A stretch of 64,000 nucleotides of DNA, from positions 73,872 through 137,871 of the forward strand of contig NW_002060945.1 in the NCBI RefSeq assembly GCF_000150275.1, read 5' to 3'. This document shows positions 25,881-40,200 of the stretch, piece after piece (position 1 is the stretch's first letter; each line of letters opens with the position of its first letter). The translations under genes and the position numbers were made by a program. The notes under the pieces are model-generated. The model had not been told where the DNA came from. It searched no databases and was given only the letters and a program-made list of their open reading frames with translations. Source of the stretch: Trichoplax adhaerens. Lineage: Eukaryota; Animalia; Placozoa.

Positions 25881-27219
25881 GTGAATAGTCTAAGATGTTG
25901 AAAATTCCAGTAGTTTCTTAGTAATGACAATTTACTTAATTTAATGATTCAGCTGCAGTGAGTACTCGTATGAGCTCATTCGGCAAGTAGAACGAATTTG
26001 CTAGGGTTAGATGGTAGTTTAAGGATTGTAATTTGATGCAAAAGAATCAAATTCCAACACGATCTCCTGCAAGTATACAATACAGCTTAAGCATTCATTG
26101 GTTCAGGATGGATTGAGCCAATCTATCGGTGATTATGCGATTTCTAGCAATGAATGTGTCTAGTGGTAGCCAGATTGTGATAGATGAGAGTATAGACTTG
26201 AAGGAGAGTTTTACTCTTGTCTCTGTCGATGAAAGCAAGCTCTACAATAATATAGAAGGGGATGGCAGAGCTCCAGCCAGGGTAGGTAAAAGGGTGAAGA
26301 AAAGGGAAATGTGGTCGTCAGCTCGATGGCAGCCTGCAGTACAGTAGCCTAGTAAGACTGTATCTCTTTCATACAAGTTTCACAACGAATGGATATGGTG
26401 ATACAAATCTATAATGCAAAATGACCTAGAAATGTACTATAACAGCATACAACTGTATCCTTCATTGAAGTTTGAGCGCTAATTTACAATAGACTGTATG
26501 CTCATACTAATGTATAATGCCAAACCGCATGAAAGCGTCCCCTATCCGGTACAGTAGTTACAGCATAGGACTAGATATTAAATTAGTATACAGTAGGTGG
26601 AATGATGTCTTTCGCCAGGTCTCTATGGAAATCAGGCAGATATTTATGCTCACTTCTTGATTTCAATTCATTCGAGGTGGAAAAAGCTGAAAATCGACCT
26701 CAAAGATACTGTATAAGCAAGCTTATTGGTCATTTTCTCATATAAAAAATTGGGTTGTCCATGATAGTTATTGATACAACGCTAGCCTAGACGGTTGTCA
26801 TTCAAAATATTTTGTTTCTTTCTCAATATATTTGCTGATTGAGGATTAGCATGCTAAATTACACCTTAAAGATACGAGCATTAACGCCTAACTATGGAGA
26901 TTTCCAACATCCATTGAAACGATTATTATTTACCTCCGAGATGAATCAAACCCAGCGCAGAGTAAGTAGCTCAATTGCTGATCGATGCTAGCCTTTGATG
27001 CCTTGTAATCGCTGCTTTTTGTGCTTGATGAATATCTAAATTTACTGTACGTTAATTTACATACTTGGCTAGCCATCATCAATCGTTGATGTAAGCAATC
27101 AAAGACACGTACACGGGTAAAGTATACTGCTTGCAATCTGTTATTATGTGTCTAATCGTGTTGATGATGAGTGCTCTCCACTATGGGCTATTGGGAATCC
27201 ATGCTTGTATGTGCAGTAG

Positions 27220-27575
27220 ATATGGTTCGTAGCAGGACCAAACAGTTTTGTATTTTCTTATGTCGTTTCACGTAGTCCTTTAATGAATGATATTAAGGCT
27301 GATCCAATATCGAAATTTTAGTCAATTACAATCGCAAATTATTCATGTACAATCTGTTTACGTTGTCATCGCAGTGCAGTTGCAGCACAAATGCTACAAT
27401 TAATGATGGTAAATTCGCGATCTAAATTATAGACTATTAAAAATCGATATCCGTATCTAAATACACGATTCGTATTGGGTCGAGCAGTTTCTTATACTCC
27501 TATGTCGTTTGCATACCTTTAGGGCTTCCTAATAACTGATATTATAGTTCATTCATTATCTAAATTTTAGTCAAA
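27220..27575. repeat. Old local direct duplication (~240 bp spacing) upstream of GTPBP10
   Basis: TTCGTA...G..C.A.CAGTTT.....T.C.TATGTCGTTT and ATC.AAATTTTAGTCAA each occur twice (~27227/27469 and ~27309/27558). Confidence 0.55.
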
Positions 27576-27781
27576 AGCAAATCATTGGCATTATAATTAT
27601 CAGTAGGTGTATTGTGTCTGTAATCTATTTTAATCGCAGCATAAAATGGATAATTTATGATTGCAAACTAGTATTTTATAACATAAACTATTTTGGAAAT
27701 CAGTGTCTGCCTATGCAATCAAGTACAGAAACGATCATAGTAATGCTCTTCTGTCTAACTTTCGCATCTACTATTATTGAT

Positions 27782-30249
27782 ATGGCTGTAACTAAATGGA
27801 AACGCCAGTTTGTAGATAGGGTACGAATATTTTGCAGAGGTGGAGGCGGTGGACAGGGTAAACCACGTTCAGGTGCAATGGGTGGAGATGGAGGCGAAGT
27901 ATATGTTGTAGCCAAGGACGGTGCAGCATTGTTCGATATTGCTCAGCGGAAAGATAGGCGGTTTATTGCTGGCAATGGTGAAAATTGCAGGTATGGGATA
28001 CATTGGAGTGCTTGCATAGATCGTGTTATTACAGTCACTAGCAAGTGGATGCGTAACAATAGTTTATAGTTGAGAGAATTTTCTACTCAACGTTAGTATC
28101 CTGCCGCGGAATATTCAATTGCATTAGGTGGATTATATTCCCTTGTAGAGAAAGCCTTACTTCCTGACATGCAAACTAAATTGAAAATAACGCCTATTAT
28201 TTATTGATGATGTGCTTCAATTTTTAGTCGCCAAGCGTTCAATGGTCATAAAGGTAAAGATTGTAGGATTGCAATTCCAACAGGGACGCTTATAACTTGT
28301 TTAGACTCAAAGAAAGTCTTGGTATCGCTGGATAAAGTAGACAGTACTTTTACAGTTGCTAAAGGAGGAATGGGAGGATGCCCACAAACTGGGCCAAAAT
28401 GGTGTGGTTTGAAAGGTCAAAAACGGATGATTTCTCTAGAATTGAAACTTATTGCAGATGTTGGACTGATAGGGTAGCTGGCTATAAACGCAAATAATAA
28501 TTATTATATCCATTACAAATAGCATTTCAATGATGCAATCACTAGCTACTGATAGTTTATATAGTTTATGACAATATTCGAAATGATACTCTGTACAGTT
28601 TTTAGCAACGTATGTAAATGTGGATTATTGCATCATTGACGTAATATAATTTACTATCGTTATTAAATTGGTTAATGACTTCTGTTATTCACACTAGTTT
28701 TCCTAATGCAGGAAAATCGACTACATTACGTGCCTTAACTGGTGCTAAACCTAAAGTGGCCAACTATTCATGTATGACATCAATTGATAATCTAAAATTG
28801 ATCAAATTAAACTAGTTTTTTATTATTTACATTCTAATACCTTTCCTTATTTCTCTTTAGTTACAACAATTCGGCCTCACTTAGGAACAGTTTTCTATCC
28901 AGATTATGTTAAGGTGCGTAATTACATATAATAATAATAATAAGTACTGTACTTTACTGTGGTCTCATCGTATTATTTTATCGTGATATCCCAGGCAGAA
29001 TCGATTTATCTTCTAATCCATTTGATTTATATTCAGTCAATCAACTATCGGTCAAAATATGATTCCATGCTTTTCAGGTGAGAATTGCTGATTTGCCGGG
29101 GTTAATTGAAGGTGCGAGTCAAAATGTTGGCATGGGCCATAAATTTTTGAAACATGTCGAACGTACTAAGCTATTGTTGTTCATAGTAAGTCCAACAAAA
29201 TCATATCTATGCATATGGTACTCGTAAGTACTAAAATAGTGATAATAAATGTGAAACCGTCAATAAAATATCCTCTAGTTCTCATAATAATAATATTATC
29301 ATTATACGAGTTTGCATGTACGCACGATAACTATACCGTTAGTTAACTGGCAATGGTCAATCATCGCTTTGGCTTACAAAACTAACTCAGTATAATATGT
29401 CATGAATTCTTATGTATCTACTAAATTCCGCTTAAATCATGTTGCTGTTGATGTTGATTATTATATTATCGTAACGTGATTTTTCACCTATATGACTTAC
29501 TTATTCTTTTACAGATTGACATCAATGGATTTCAACTTTCAGAAAAGTTTTCGTTTAGAACACCTTTAGAAACAATCAGTCTTCTTGCTCAGGTGCGTTT
29601 ATAAAGCTAGCCAAGATTTTACAATTGCTAAAAGATCGACTTTGCTTGTTCATGCTTATAGGAGCTAAAATCTTATAGTCACGAGCTGCTTAAACGTCCA
29701 AGTATTATTGCTATCAATAAAGTGGAGGGACGGCAAGGACAACGGAAATTCGACGAATTAATATCCAAGATGGATGCAGATTTGAGTATGGACATTCAAT
29801 TCCAAAATTTCACTTTAAACGTAAAATCCATGCAAAAGGAATTACTGCGTTCTTTCATGCTAACAAGTATCGGTAGAATCTACAATGTACTGCATGAAAG
29901 TTTTTTGTTACAATGGTACTCTTTAACAGGAAACGTGTTTATATAGAATGTCAATGATATAATTACAGCTGAGATCACCGCAACTGCAGTTATAGAACTG
30001 TCTTTTATTGTCAATACATTATTGCAAATAGTTACTCGTAACTTACGTATATACGCGTATTTATATATATATGCATGCTTGTAATATCAACATCTTATCT
30101 TTCACTTAGATGGTAACAACAATAGCAACGACAACTGGCCAAATTGTATGCATCTTTGTCCGATATCAGCAAAACATTTAGAAGGAATTGAAGAATTAAA
30201 AGTGAAGATCCATCAAGTTATCACCGATATACGAGCTAATCAGTCATAA
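27782..30249 (+). CDS. GTPBP10: Obg-family GTPase GTPBP10 (ObgH2), 8 exons
   Basis: [17 protein letters not shown]...GGDGGEV Obg fold, [13 protein letters not shown]|FPNAGKST (G1), ANYSFTTIRP (G2), [28 protein letters not shown] (G3), [14 protein letters not shown] (G4) and PISAK (G5). Stop at 30247-30249. Confidence 0.93.
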
Positions 30250-31088
30250 TTTATTTTATTTATATAGTGTGAACCAGAGGTTCGAATATACGCGTGTTAT
30301 TCATAGTGAAATTGTCAGCAAATATTTCAAATACAATAATATTGAAATTTGGTTTTCACCGAAAAAAGAATCTAACGTTTTAATTTGTTAGTTTAGTACT
30401 AGCATAGTAGCTATAATTTTAAGCTGCGTATTAAACAGTATAATTTTTTGTAAGATTTTTTAAAAATTCGCCCACTGAAATCCGTATTTTCCTCTCATTT
30501 ACGAATCGATAAAAGGCAACATCATTTGAAAATCAATGTAACGAATAGTGTTAGTAGCTATAGTATAGCCATATAGTGATAAGAATGACTAAATTAAGTA
30601 TATGAAAAGTGCAAACAATAGTGCGTTATCTTACATATGATGTTTTCAAATAATAGAACGGAGGTGCAATGGTTATAATTACTATACGTAGAAGAGAATG
30701 ACTTTACTGTGTTAGTAACGACGATTTTTACAGATTTTCTATGATTTGTACTCCATAAATCAACAAAAACGGTCAGAAAAACAATTGTAAAAGGGCGAAC
30801 ATATCTTCTAATGACGCTTTCACAAATACTATGAGCATTGCCATTATATCTAATAAGTCCTAACAATTCCTGTGTTGAGATTAAATTTCTTTCGGGAGAT
30901 TCATAATATACGCGTACATATATATGCCATGTGTATGCCGTAAATAAATATATATTTACAGATAAGATAGTCTAAACTGGAACAAAATATGAAAACTTAA
31001 ATAGCAGTCATGAAAATTATGCATTAAAAACTGACTCAGCTTGTGGAGCTGATAATTACACTATTGATACAGTTCATTCTTTCGTTTA

Positions 31089-34000
31089 TCACACAAACGT
31101 TACCGATATGTGTGATTCATCAAGTAGGCTCCTAACGAGAAACAAAGACAAAAATTATTAATATGCGATAAAACTCTAATTTTAAAACCACATTTTTATA
31201 CAACAAATCAATAAACAAACACTGAAAACACGTAGCTAACTTCAAATATCATGCTAAATTTGTTACACACTTTAGAAGACAGCTTAAGAATCGTAAGACT
31301 ACTGCTTATACTAACAGTATTACAAATAGCCATGATGTTACCAGGACTTTTTTAATGCAGATGGAAGAACATGCAAGTTAGCTCTCAAAGAATCAATTTT
31401 ATGATATTAACTGCAATTTACTACATGAAGGTTAAGTGTCTGTATTTTGATTAAATTGAGTATTTCAACGTACGTAAATCACCGTAAATGCGCGCAACTT
31501 ATTAGATAGAGAATAGTATGTGATGTAATATTAACCGTACGTAGGTTGGAAATAGCGACAAAAACTATAGCTATTACAAAGTCATCAACATATATATGCG
31601 TTAAAAATGTTGCAATACCGATGTAATCTTCTTCTACAGGCAACAGCGTAATCGGACTTTGCAAAAACTACATAAGCTTTTTGCCTCTTAGAATCCATTT
31701 GGAGACTCTATTAAAATATACATAATATATATTTAAACAAAGCAATCACAATAGTAAAACAGTATAACGTATGATGTCAGCACGTCTATGACATTTAAGC
31801 GAATCTGAAACTTTCAACTCCGTAACCTAACCAATAGAATATCTTCACATTTAACTTACTTCTACCGGTCCGATATCTGATAAAATCTTATAAAGTTTGC
31901 GGTAATTCGTGTTCGGCGAAAGGAAACCAATAACCAGCTCCCGTCTGTCTTCATTGCTGACTTTGTTATTAGTTGTGAGCACAACTGATGAGCGAGGTGG
32001 TGATTTTTGTTTGCGTGATTGCTCTCTTGCAATTGTGACAATCTAATAGATACGTCAATAAACATAGCAGTTAAATAGGAGATAATTAGATATCATTTTT
32101 AGATTACCATGATCCTTTAGGTGTGCTATACGATAATTAAAAGTACAACACACTACAATAGATTAAATTTTCGACATTCGTGTCTCACCCTTGTTGATTT
32201 GGAAGCCTTTTGGCGGGTTCCATGATGTACTGTCTGGTGAACGTTCCGCTCCTCTCTGCGAGATACATCCTTCACACTCTTATCGTATCGATTATGACGT
32301 TCTCTTTTACTGAAGCTATGGTGACTCGGTCTCGAGCGATCTTGATTTGGGCGCGAAGGTCGCTTAGAATCATCTAATCTTTCCATTCTATAACGCTTCG
32401 CTCTCCTTGGTGGATAGCTATCTTTTATAGGTCTTTTTGGAGGAGGCGGACTTCGGCTTTTCTCACTGAAATCACTTTCTTCCTCTAAACTAATACTTTC
32501 TCCTCCAATAGAGTGACTATTCTCTCTACTTGCACTCCTTTCGTAGTTTTCTTCACTAGATTGGTCGCTTCGATCAGATATATCTGATTCATAGTTGTCG
32601 CTGCCATTAGTGGAGCTACCAGTAAAACTTCGACTCCTACTGGATGAGCTCCAATCGCGTTTAGGGCTCTTCGAAATAGAACGTGCCGATTTATACGGTC
32701 GATATCGACGTCTGCTAGAGTCTTTCCTAGAACTTCTCCGACGATCATACGAACTACTACTACGCGATCGAGACCGCGATCGTGATAGTGATTGCGATAG
32801 TGAACGTGAACGCGATCGAGATGGACTGCGATTACCTCGAAGCACTCTCTGTTTTCGCCTTTCTTCAGATCTTTGCAACTACAACACGATATTAATCACA
32901 ATAATATCTAATTAGATGATACATGGTGTAACTATAGTACTATCGTGCCTATCAATATTTATTACCTGCTTTTGCATCGTTTCGTATAACTGATTATTTT
33001 CAGCCATTTGTTTACTAAGTATTTTAGGCTGCGTTTGAGACATATCTTGAGGCTTCGTTGGTGCCGGTGTTTGGTTCACCTGAAACTGCATTTGTGGATT
33101 ATTTAGCCATGGCATATTTGTAGGAGGTACTGGTGGAGTATTTACGGTAACCGGTGGCATCTGCGGAGGAGCAACGCCAGTTTGAAATCTAGGAGGCCCA
33201 ACGGGAGGCGCAATTGGCATTTGATGAGGAGGTTGAGGCACTGGTTGTGGAGGAACTGGTGTATTCATCCTCTAAAAATAGTAGTGAATATGATTTAAAA
33301 GAAGGCATAGTAAGAATTTTATGCATAACTTTAAATGTTTATAAAAGTAGCATCAACATCCGTAAATATTTGAAATGCTACGAAGTTATCTTACCTGAGG
33401 ATTTCCCAAACGATTATTGATACCTAATCTCGAATGGACAGAAGGAGGAAAGTTTGGTGCATTTGGAGGACGAGATGGTGGTTGAAAATTTTGTGGTCCA
33501 TTTCCAATAGCTCCTGAATGACAACCATACATAGTATATTTTGATTCTCCTCAATACATTGATAGTTATACGAAAAAAATGCGGGACAAGTTACAATGCA
33601 AATAAATTCTAGTCCTTACCTCTATTTGCTAAGAATTGAGGGTTAACGTGGATATTCCTTGGCTGATGTGGCGGGCCTATGGCAAGGATATTTAAATCAT
33701 CTTTTTTGAAACGCTCAACAACTCTAAATAAATAATCTGTATTTTTAATAACGTTGTTACTGGTGATATTACCGATCTGACCTTGCTGCGGTCTCGGTTG
33801 AAATAACGGACGAGGTGCAAAAGGTCGCATATCAAAATTTCTCTGATTATTAACCGGATTACTTCGTGGCATTTGAAATGGAGCTGGAAATCTACGTAAT
33901 ACAAAGTACAACTTATCGTATTGTTTTAATGTAGTATTTTTCTAGGCTTTAATATAATTTAAAATTCATAATAAATAGAATGTTTCTACACGATCGACAC

Positions 34001-35369
34001 GAAAATAAGCCTAACCTCTTTTGTCCTTGTTGACGATGGCCGAACTGTTTAGGGGTATTATGCCAGTTTTTGTTCAATTTCTTTTTCTTATTATCTTTTA
34101 CGTTTACGTTCTGAGGCATTTTTATTGATCCAGACTTTATATGTTCATCTAAGGAAACATCCTTAATATCTAGAAGTTAAAGTTATTGTTAATGAATCAC
34201 TGAAAGCTATTGTATTTCGTCGCTATAGAATATTTATTACTGTAGAACATACGTACTTGCATGTCTGGATTGATCACTTCTTGGAACAACAACGGTCGTA
34301 GATGAACGCTCAGAAGCAAATTTTTCCACTCTTTCAGAGTTATCACTCTCTTCGCTGTCGAAATCAAGAAATTCTTCATCATGTTTTCGCTCTTCTATGA
34401 AGTTAATCAGACTATTGGTTATACATTTGTACCAGAGACTAGTCCCTATACGTTAATCTGTATGCGATCACCTGGGATATCGTCTGGTAGATCATCAATA
34501 CTAGCTGAAGTTATATTTTGTGCGGTTTCTTCTTGGATTCTGTACACAGTAAGAAATGGCAGTTTTGAATAATTCAGCGTGATTGATACCAATCACTGAC
34601 AAATGATAATATTACTTACTGTTCATTTTTCTCTTCATCACTGGAACGTAACAGTTTATCCTAGAAATAAATTGAAGGATTGAATTACAAATAAATATGT
34701 TAACAGAAATCGACATCAGTATAATTACCTCGTCCGCATACTCAACATCACTTAGATCTTTCATAAGATCAGCCTTAAAAAGTATAGAATCATTGTTAAA
34801 ATTGCCATAAAGCTCTGATCTCAATCTTACGCATAAGAAATATACTAACCTCTGTTTCTTTGATTTCAATACTGTCACTTCTATTAGAATATAATTAATT
34901 ATATAACGATTAGTAGAGTAAATCTACGTCATTACTAAAATGTTAGCGGTAGTAAGTTATGAAATATACACGAATAAAATAGACAAGAATACAACTTGTG
35001 CCTAAATACCGTGTATTTCGAAAAGTACTTAATAAAAACCTATTTTAAGAATAGATTATCCAATAGACGCATTACCTTGATAAGAGGTCGTTGGAATTAG
35101 GCAAAGCCTCAGCCAACCCTCTTTCGCTGTTGCCATTGGTACTATCTACTTGTGCAGATTCCGATGCACTTGCTTCAATCACTACGTTAACCTGTGAAGA
35201 TTGCATTATCAAAAAATAAAAGTACAATAGAATGTTAAAAATTTGCAAATTAAAATTTATTACCCTTAAAGAAGTACGTAATAAACATTAGGTAAATTTA
35301 TACCAATGGCCTTCGTTGACGTTTCCTATTTGCTTTTCTAGGACCCTTAGCTGCCTGCCTTGTACTCAT
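31089..35369 (-). CDS. RBM33: RBM33-like RNA-binding protein: acidic N-terminus, Pro/Gln-rich region, RS domain, C-terminal RRM
   Basis: The terminal exons give ELVIGFLSPNTNYRKLYKILSDIGPVE|SLQMDSKRQKAYVVFAKSDYAVACRRRLHR|SLLDESHISVTFV*, which resembles the RBM33 C-terminal RRM as I recall it (GPIQSLQM...HRH.IDLSHI.V). It also has PRNIHVNPQF, Pro-rich exons and an SR-repeat exon. The putative start MSTRQAAK is at 35369. Confidence 0.8.
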
Positions 35370-35689
35370 ACTTAAAATGAAGGCTTACCAATTGACGCTA
35401 TTACAAGGCGATTACAATGATCACTCAACAACTATAGTTGGCGAAGTCTCGTGCTTTAGTAAATGAATGCACGAGAAACAACTGTAGCAATAGAATAACT
35501 TCACGATTCGAACCAATTTGGCAGCTTTTTTCAAAAAGAAAATTAAACATTTAACAAAGATATCAAGTAAGTGTAAAGCAAACTAAAATATAATCGGTAA
35601 CGTCTACAGTTCGCTTGGCAGTTTATGTACCGTTCAACCATTTAAATATTTAAGATGAATCATTATAGTATGTAGTGATTGGTATAATT

Positions 35690-37000
35690 TGATAGGAACC
35701 AATATAGATCGATATTGACATATCTTTATAAAAATTGCAAGATCATCTTGATCACGTAATGTTATCTTAAATCTATACGTTTATCAACAATTGCAATAGT
35801 ATTATTTTAGAGTTTTTGTTGAGGAAGTAGTATGGAGCAAGTAGAGTTTGCCGATATATTTATATGTATTATAGACATATATAATCCAACGTGGTATCTA
35901 CAGTAATCTATGTGAACGATAGAAAAACAGGTAATATTTTATAAAGAGTACAAAATGTAGATAATACACTTGATGTTGAACTGTGTAATAATTTGCCATA
36001 ATATATATATATATATCATTAAGCGACATATCTTTGCTACTAACAGGGACTACTCTTCTTTGGAGTACTCCCTGTTATTAATTTGTATCAGTATCATTAG
36101 CGGAGCAAAGGATATCATCTTAAAACAATTCTACTAATTACTCCAGTTGCTGTTACAAATATCAATCGTACATCAAAAACATGTAAGTTCATTTACTACC
36201 AATTTAAAATGACATCATTCTCTAAATTAATCAGTTTGATAGTTGATGTTGGGACTAACTAGAGTATCATCACTTTACAAAGAGAGTAAGTCATATATTA
36301 TAGTTTATGGTGCTGTTCAGACGTCAATTTTCTATAATTGGCATACAGATTGTTAATGAATTTTTACAAACGCAACATATGTATGAAGCAGATAGAAGTA
36401 ATAAATCTACAGATCGTATTACTATGCTGCTTTTGAGATATAATAGGTGAGTAGGGTAATTCTTTGAAGTCTCCTTTTAAATTATAACTGTTATACGCAT
36501 ATCAAGATCAAGATCTTTAAATTGTAGTCATTTCCTCGGTAGGTTTAGTGTACTATTCGACGTCAATTAATAAGTTCATAAACACTGGCTTAGCATTTTC
36601 AGCTGGAAATAGCTTATACAATTACGAACAATTTTTCTAGAGAGGTGGATAAAACTGTATGTAATACAAGGCATTGAAGCTATGCTAATATACATTTCAA
36701 TTTGTAAAGCTTCATCCTTGTTTATATCATTTAGCTATCTCCATTAAAGTATTTCCAGTTTATGGCGTAATATTAACAATTTTTGTAACAACGAGAAATG
36801 GCTGTCCCATTCAAGGTCATTTCAAATAATAGCGGGATATAACACGGTTCTCATTGACTGAGATCTCATATGTGTGATCATTGTCATACGTATACACAAT
36901 ACTAGTGCATCTTTTTTCTATGCAGGTATTCATCAAGTAGCAAATAATGAAAAAAAATGACCTGACATCAATTAAAATATTTAAAATATTACAGCAATTC
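35690..37000 (+). pseudogene. Chain of exon-like segments without a continuous frame (pseudogene or spliced lncRNA)
   Basis: AG/GT-bounded segments such as 36047-36181 and 36349-36446 (IVNEFLQTQHMYEADRSNKSTDRITMLLLRYN, open) have the local exon/intron spacing. However, 36047-36181 has stops in all three frames. Confidence 0.3.
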
Positions 37001-40000
37001 AAGTACTAATAATACATTATAAAATCTTGAGACGACTCATAATGTCAAGATAGATCAATTTGCTAGTTCTTATCACTAGTATATAGAGCATAGCAGAATA
37101 GTTTTCATTCTGCTTTGGCATATCATACCATATAGGATTAACTATACTACAAGATTTCATCAAGTCGATAAATTATAATAAGTTAGTCGCAAACACTAAC
37201 TTGGTGCCAGGCGTAGTCCATTTATGGACTATACAATAAGATATAACTAGAAAAGTCATCTTTACGAATTACGACTATATCATATCTGCTAATCGCTATG
37301 TTAATTAATAAACTAAAAGATATAGGAAGAACTACAAATATGTCGCACTTAAATCTATAATTTAAAACAATACAAAATTTACATACGCGTAAATCATGTA
37401 ATAGTAACAGTGTAATTGATTTGCTATGCTATGTATTACACGATTACAAACTGCTAAATTCGTTTACAAGACACGTCCTATGATAAAGATTAGAAAGACT
37501 ATTAAATATCTACAGTAAAATCTTAATTGGATACATACATTAAATTAAAACACTTTGAGGCAGTTATTAATATTCAAGGTGTTAGAATATTTTCACAGGG
37601 TTTATCAAACCTGTTGTTTTAAGTATAGCAGATACAACCATCATTATAAAAGATAGATTATATCTAATATTACCCAAATTACATCGGTAAAGGCAAATCA
37701 ATACTAATGTCCATCCTAATTAGCAGATTACAACTTTAGTCATAATCATAGCGTCAAAACATGTCTCTACTATTATTATCATTAATCACAGATTAGAATT
37801 ATCATTTAGTCGGTAGTTTGAAATTATTTTGGTCGATCTTAACAATTTGATACAGTAAACGAGTCGTACAGTATGATACTGAAAAGTGTGCACTCATGTC
37901 ATCTCTGATATACTTTCACTGATTCTCTAGATATATATATTATACAGTATATATATATACATAGATATACAAACGGAATCCAAAAAATCAATATTGATGT
38001 CTTATATAGTACAGATCGGCGTATGTCTCTAATGCTGAGACATGAGCAATATGATAGATGTAGCATTATAAGTTTATGTATAATTTACGACAATTAAATA
38101 CGTTATATTCTATCGCCAGTACCCGCTAAAGTTACATACAATCTTTAGCATCTGTACTGTTGGCAATATTTTAAATAATTTATAGTGCCAACCTGATAGT
38201 TGTATTTGTTGAAAGATAGCTGATTACTCACTGCGCCTCAGTATAGTATTGTTGATACTAATCATTGCCGGCAAACGAAGCTATCAACAATTTGAAGATT
38301 GAAAACAGCTTTGCCTATGACGTACTTCATTGCCATTGTAAAATAAGCATACGCACGTCAATATAAAATATAATATAACTATAAAAATTGGCTGTAGTTC
38401 AAGGTACAATAGATTGATTGGTTTGTTCATAAAGTTAACAGGAAATGGCAGTCAAGACGAGTACAGCGAGAGTACAGGATACAACAATACATCCAAGGGA
38501 ATTGATCACCATTTTAGGCTTGGTAGTTTTTTTTTTTAAAAGTTGGTTACTGAATATTATACGAAAAATATCATCCATTGGATATAGATATAATACTACC
38601 ACAATATACTATACACAAACGTTATAGTGTGTACTTTGAACTATTGGCCTACATAGACAGTAGAGATTTCAAAGGACTTTGTATAATAAAAAAGGATTTT
38701 TTTCTATTGGAACAACTACAAGTTGTTCTTATTTCCATGTACAGTAAATCGTTCTTGTTGAAAATATATAAAGTATGGTAATTCATTCAGCGTTATTATA
38801 GAACGCTATTTTCAAATTGAAACTATTTCAGTAAAGGAGAAATTTTTTAATGGCATCATGTCAATGGAAAGTGGTGCATAGATTTGATAATACGACATCA
38901 TGATTTTGGAAATTCTATCGGTTGGTAAGAAAAGTAATTGATTTGAATACTTCGATCAACGGGGCAGCATTGTTGTTACACGTTCAATTAGAACGGCAAG
39001 GAAGGAAAATCTCCACATGCCTGTAAACTTCAAGCAGTTCTACTGACAAGACATCATTGGCTTTTCTCTACATGTAGCAAGTTAGTTGGGTGAACGATAC
39101 GATGCTCTCGTATCACCACCACCAACAGTAGTTATAACAATTCAATTTATACAAACGTTACATTTACAGTACAGTTCTTCAAAAATGATTCTACTTTCAA
39201 GTATATGGTCAATATAATGCAGTTTACAGAATATTTTATTTTATGCTTAATCAAGAATATGAGTTGAAAAACGAGGTCAAAGAAGAAATTCTTACTTTTA
39301 CAAACTCTTCAACCCAGTTTTATTGAGAAAATCATTAAATTTATCCAGTGAGTCTTTCAAAGGGCGACAAGATCAATTTACCACGGTTCTTATAATAATA
39401 GCAGTGAAGAAAATTCTCTAGCAAACGATGGTAGATGTTAACAATTTATAAAAAAAGGTGTTGAAAATAACGATAACCAAGTTGTTGTCGATGAACGCTG
39501 AAGAATATCGTCGTTTAATAGTAATGTCCTTGTTTTTATCCCCCTTTCAAGTCCTTGATCAGCTTTTTAGTATGACTAGAGCCAATTCTACAGTCGAGTA
39601 GAGCGCCAATAATTTGGAAAAAATGTCTCAAAGAAAAAAAATTGCTTGGTGCCTTGGTCTGTGGTGCACCACGAAGTCAACGAGTTTTCAACAATGTCTA
39701 TGCTTTTGACTACATAGGATAGCTCATGCCGCACTGCCTTGTGGGGATGAGAAACTTCCTGAATCATCTGCTGTTTGGTTATTTGGCACAACACTGGTAT
39801 GGCACCAGACTTGCCAACCACCCCTGTACAGTGTACACTCTACAGTCTCTATACAGTACTGTACTGTAGGGTACACCAGGGAATTTTGCCCACCTTGCTA
39901 ACGATTTTAGTATGACAGCCATGGGCAAGTTTATTGTTGTGTTGTAACTAGAAGACCAACGTCTTCTTCCCCATAGTAGTCCATCATTGTACAGTACTAA

Positions 40001-40200
40001 TAAAACAATCAATAAAATGCAAAAACATGCACTGTACTCTACGTTAGCATTGCATGACTGCGATCCTGTTTAATGCAGCAACCTCTTATTTGAAGGAATA
40101 TTGCTTGCAAATTTTATAGGATACTAGATTTACCGGTAAACAAATTGATTTACACTAGGTAGTGGCAGCAGCGACTTCCAAGAGTATTTCTGTTTATAAG

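Noticed and set aside
26930-27040. Exon-like minus-strand segment with an in-frame TGA as a possible selenoprotein
   Set aside because: Another frame is fully open, there is no redox motif or recognisable SECIS, and it has no coherent neighbouring exons.
32595-32915. Antisense ORFs over coding exons (also 27700-27915, 45524-45769, 63374-63646, 4504-4719)
   Set aside because: These are shadows of low-complexity or hydrophobic coding sequence on the opposite strand.
33680-33695. ATATCCTT on the minus strand in RBM33 (also at ~48600 in CDK intron 1)
   Set aside because: Both lie inside ordinary GT-AG introns, not at a donor position.
38990-39085. Peptide KLQAVLLTRHHW resembling the glyoxalase II THHHWDH motif
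   Set aside because: The metal-binding residues are incomplete and there are no supporting flanking exons; a tBLASTx search would be needed.
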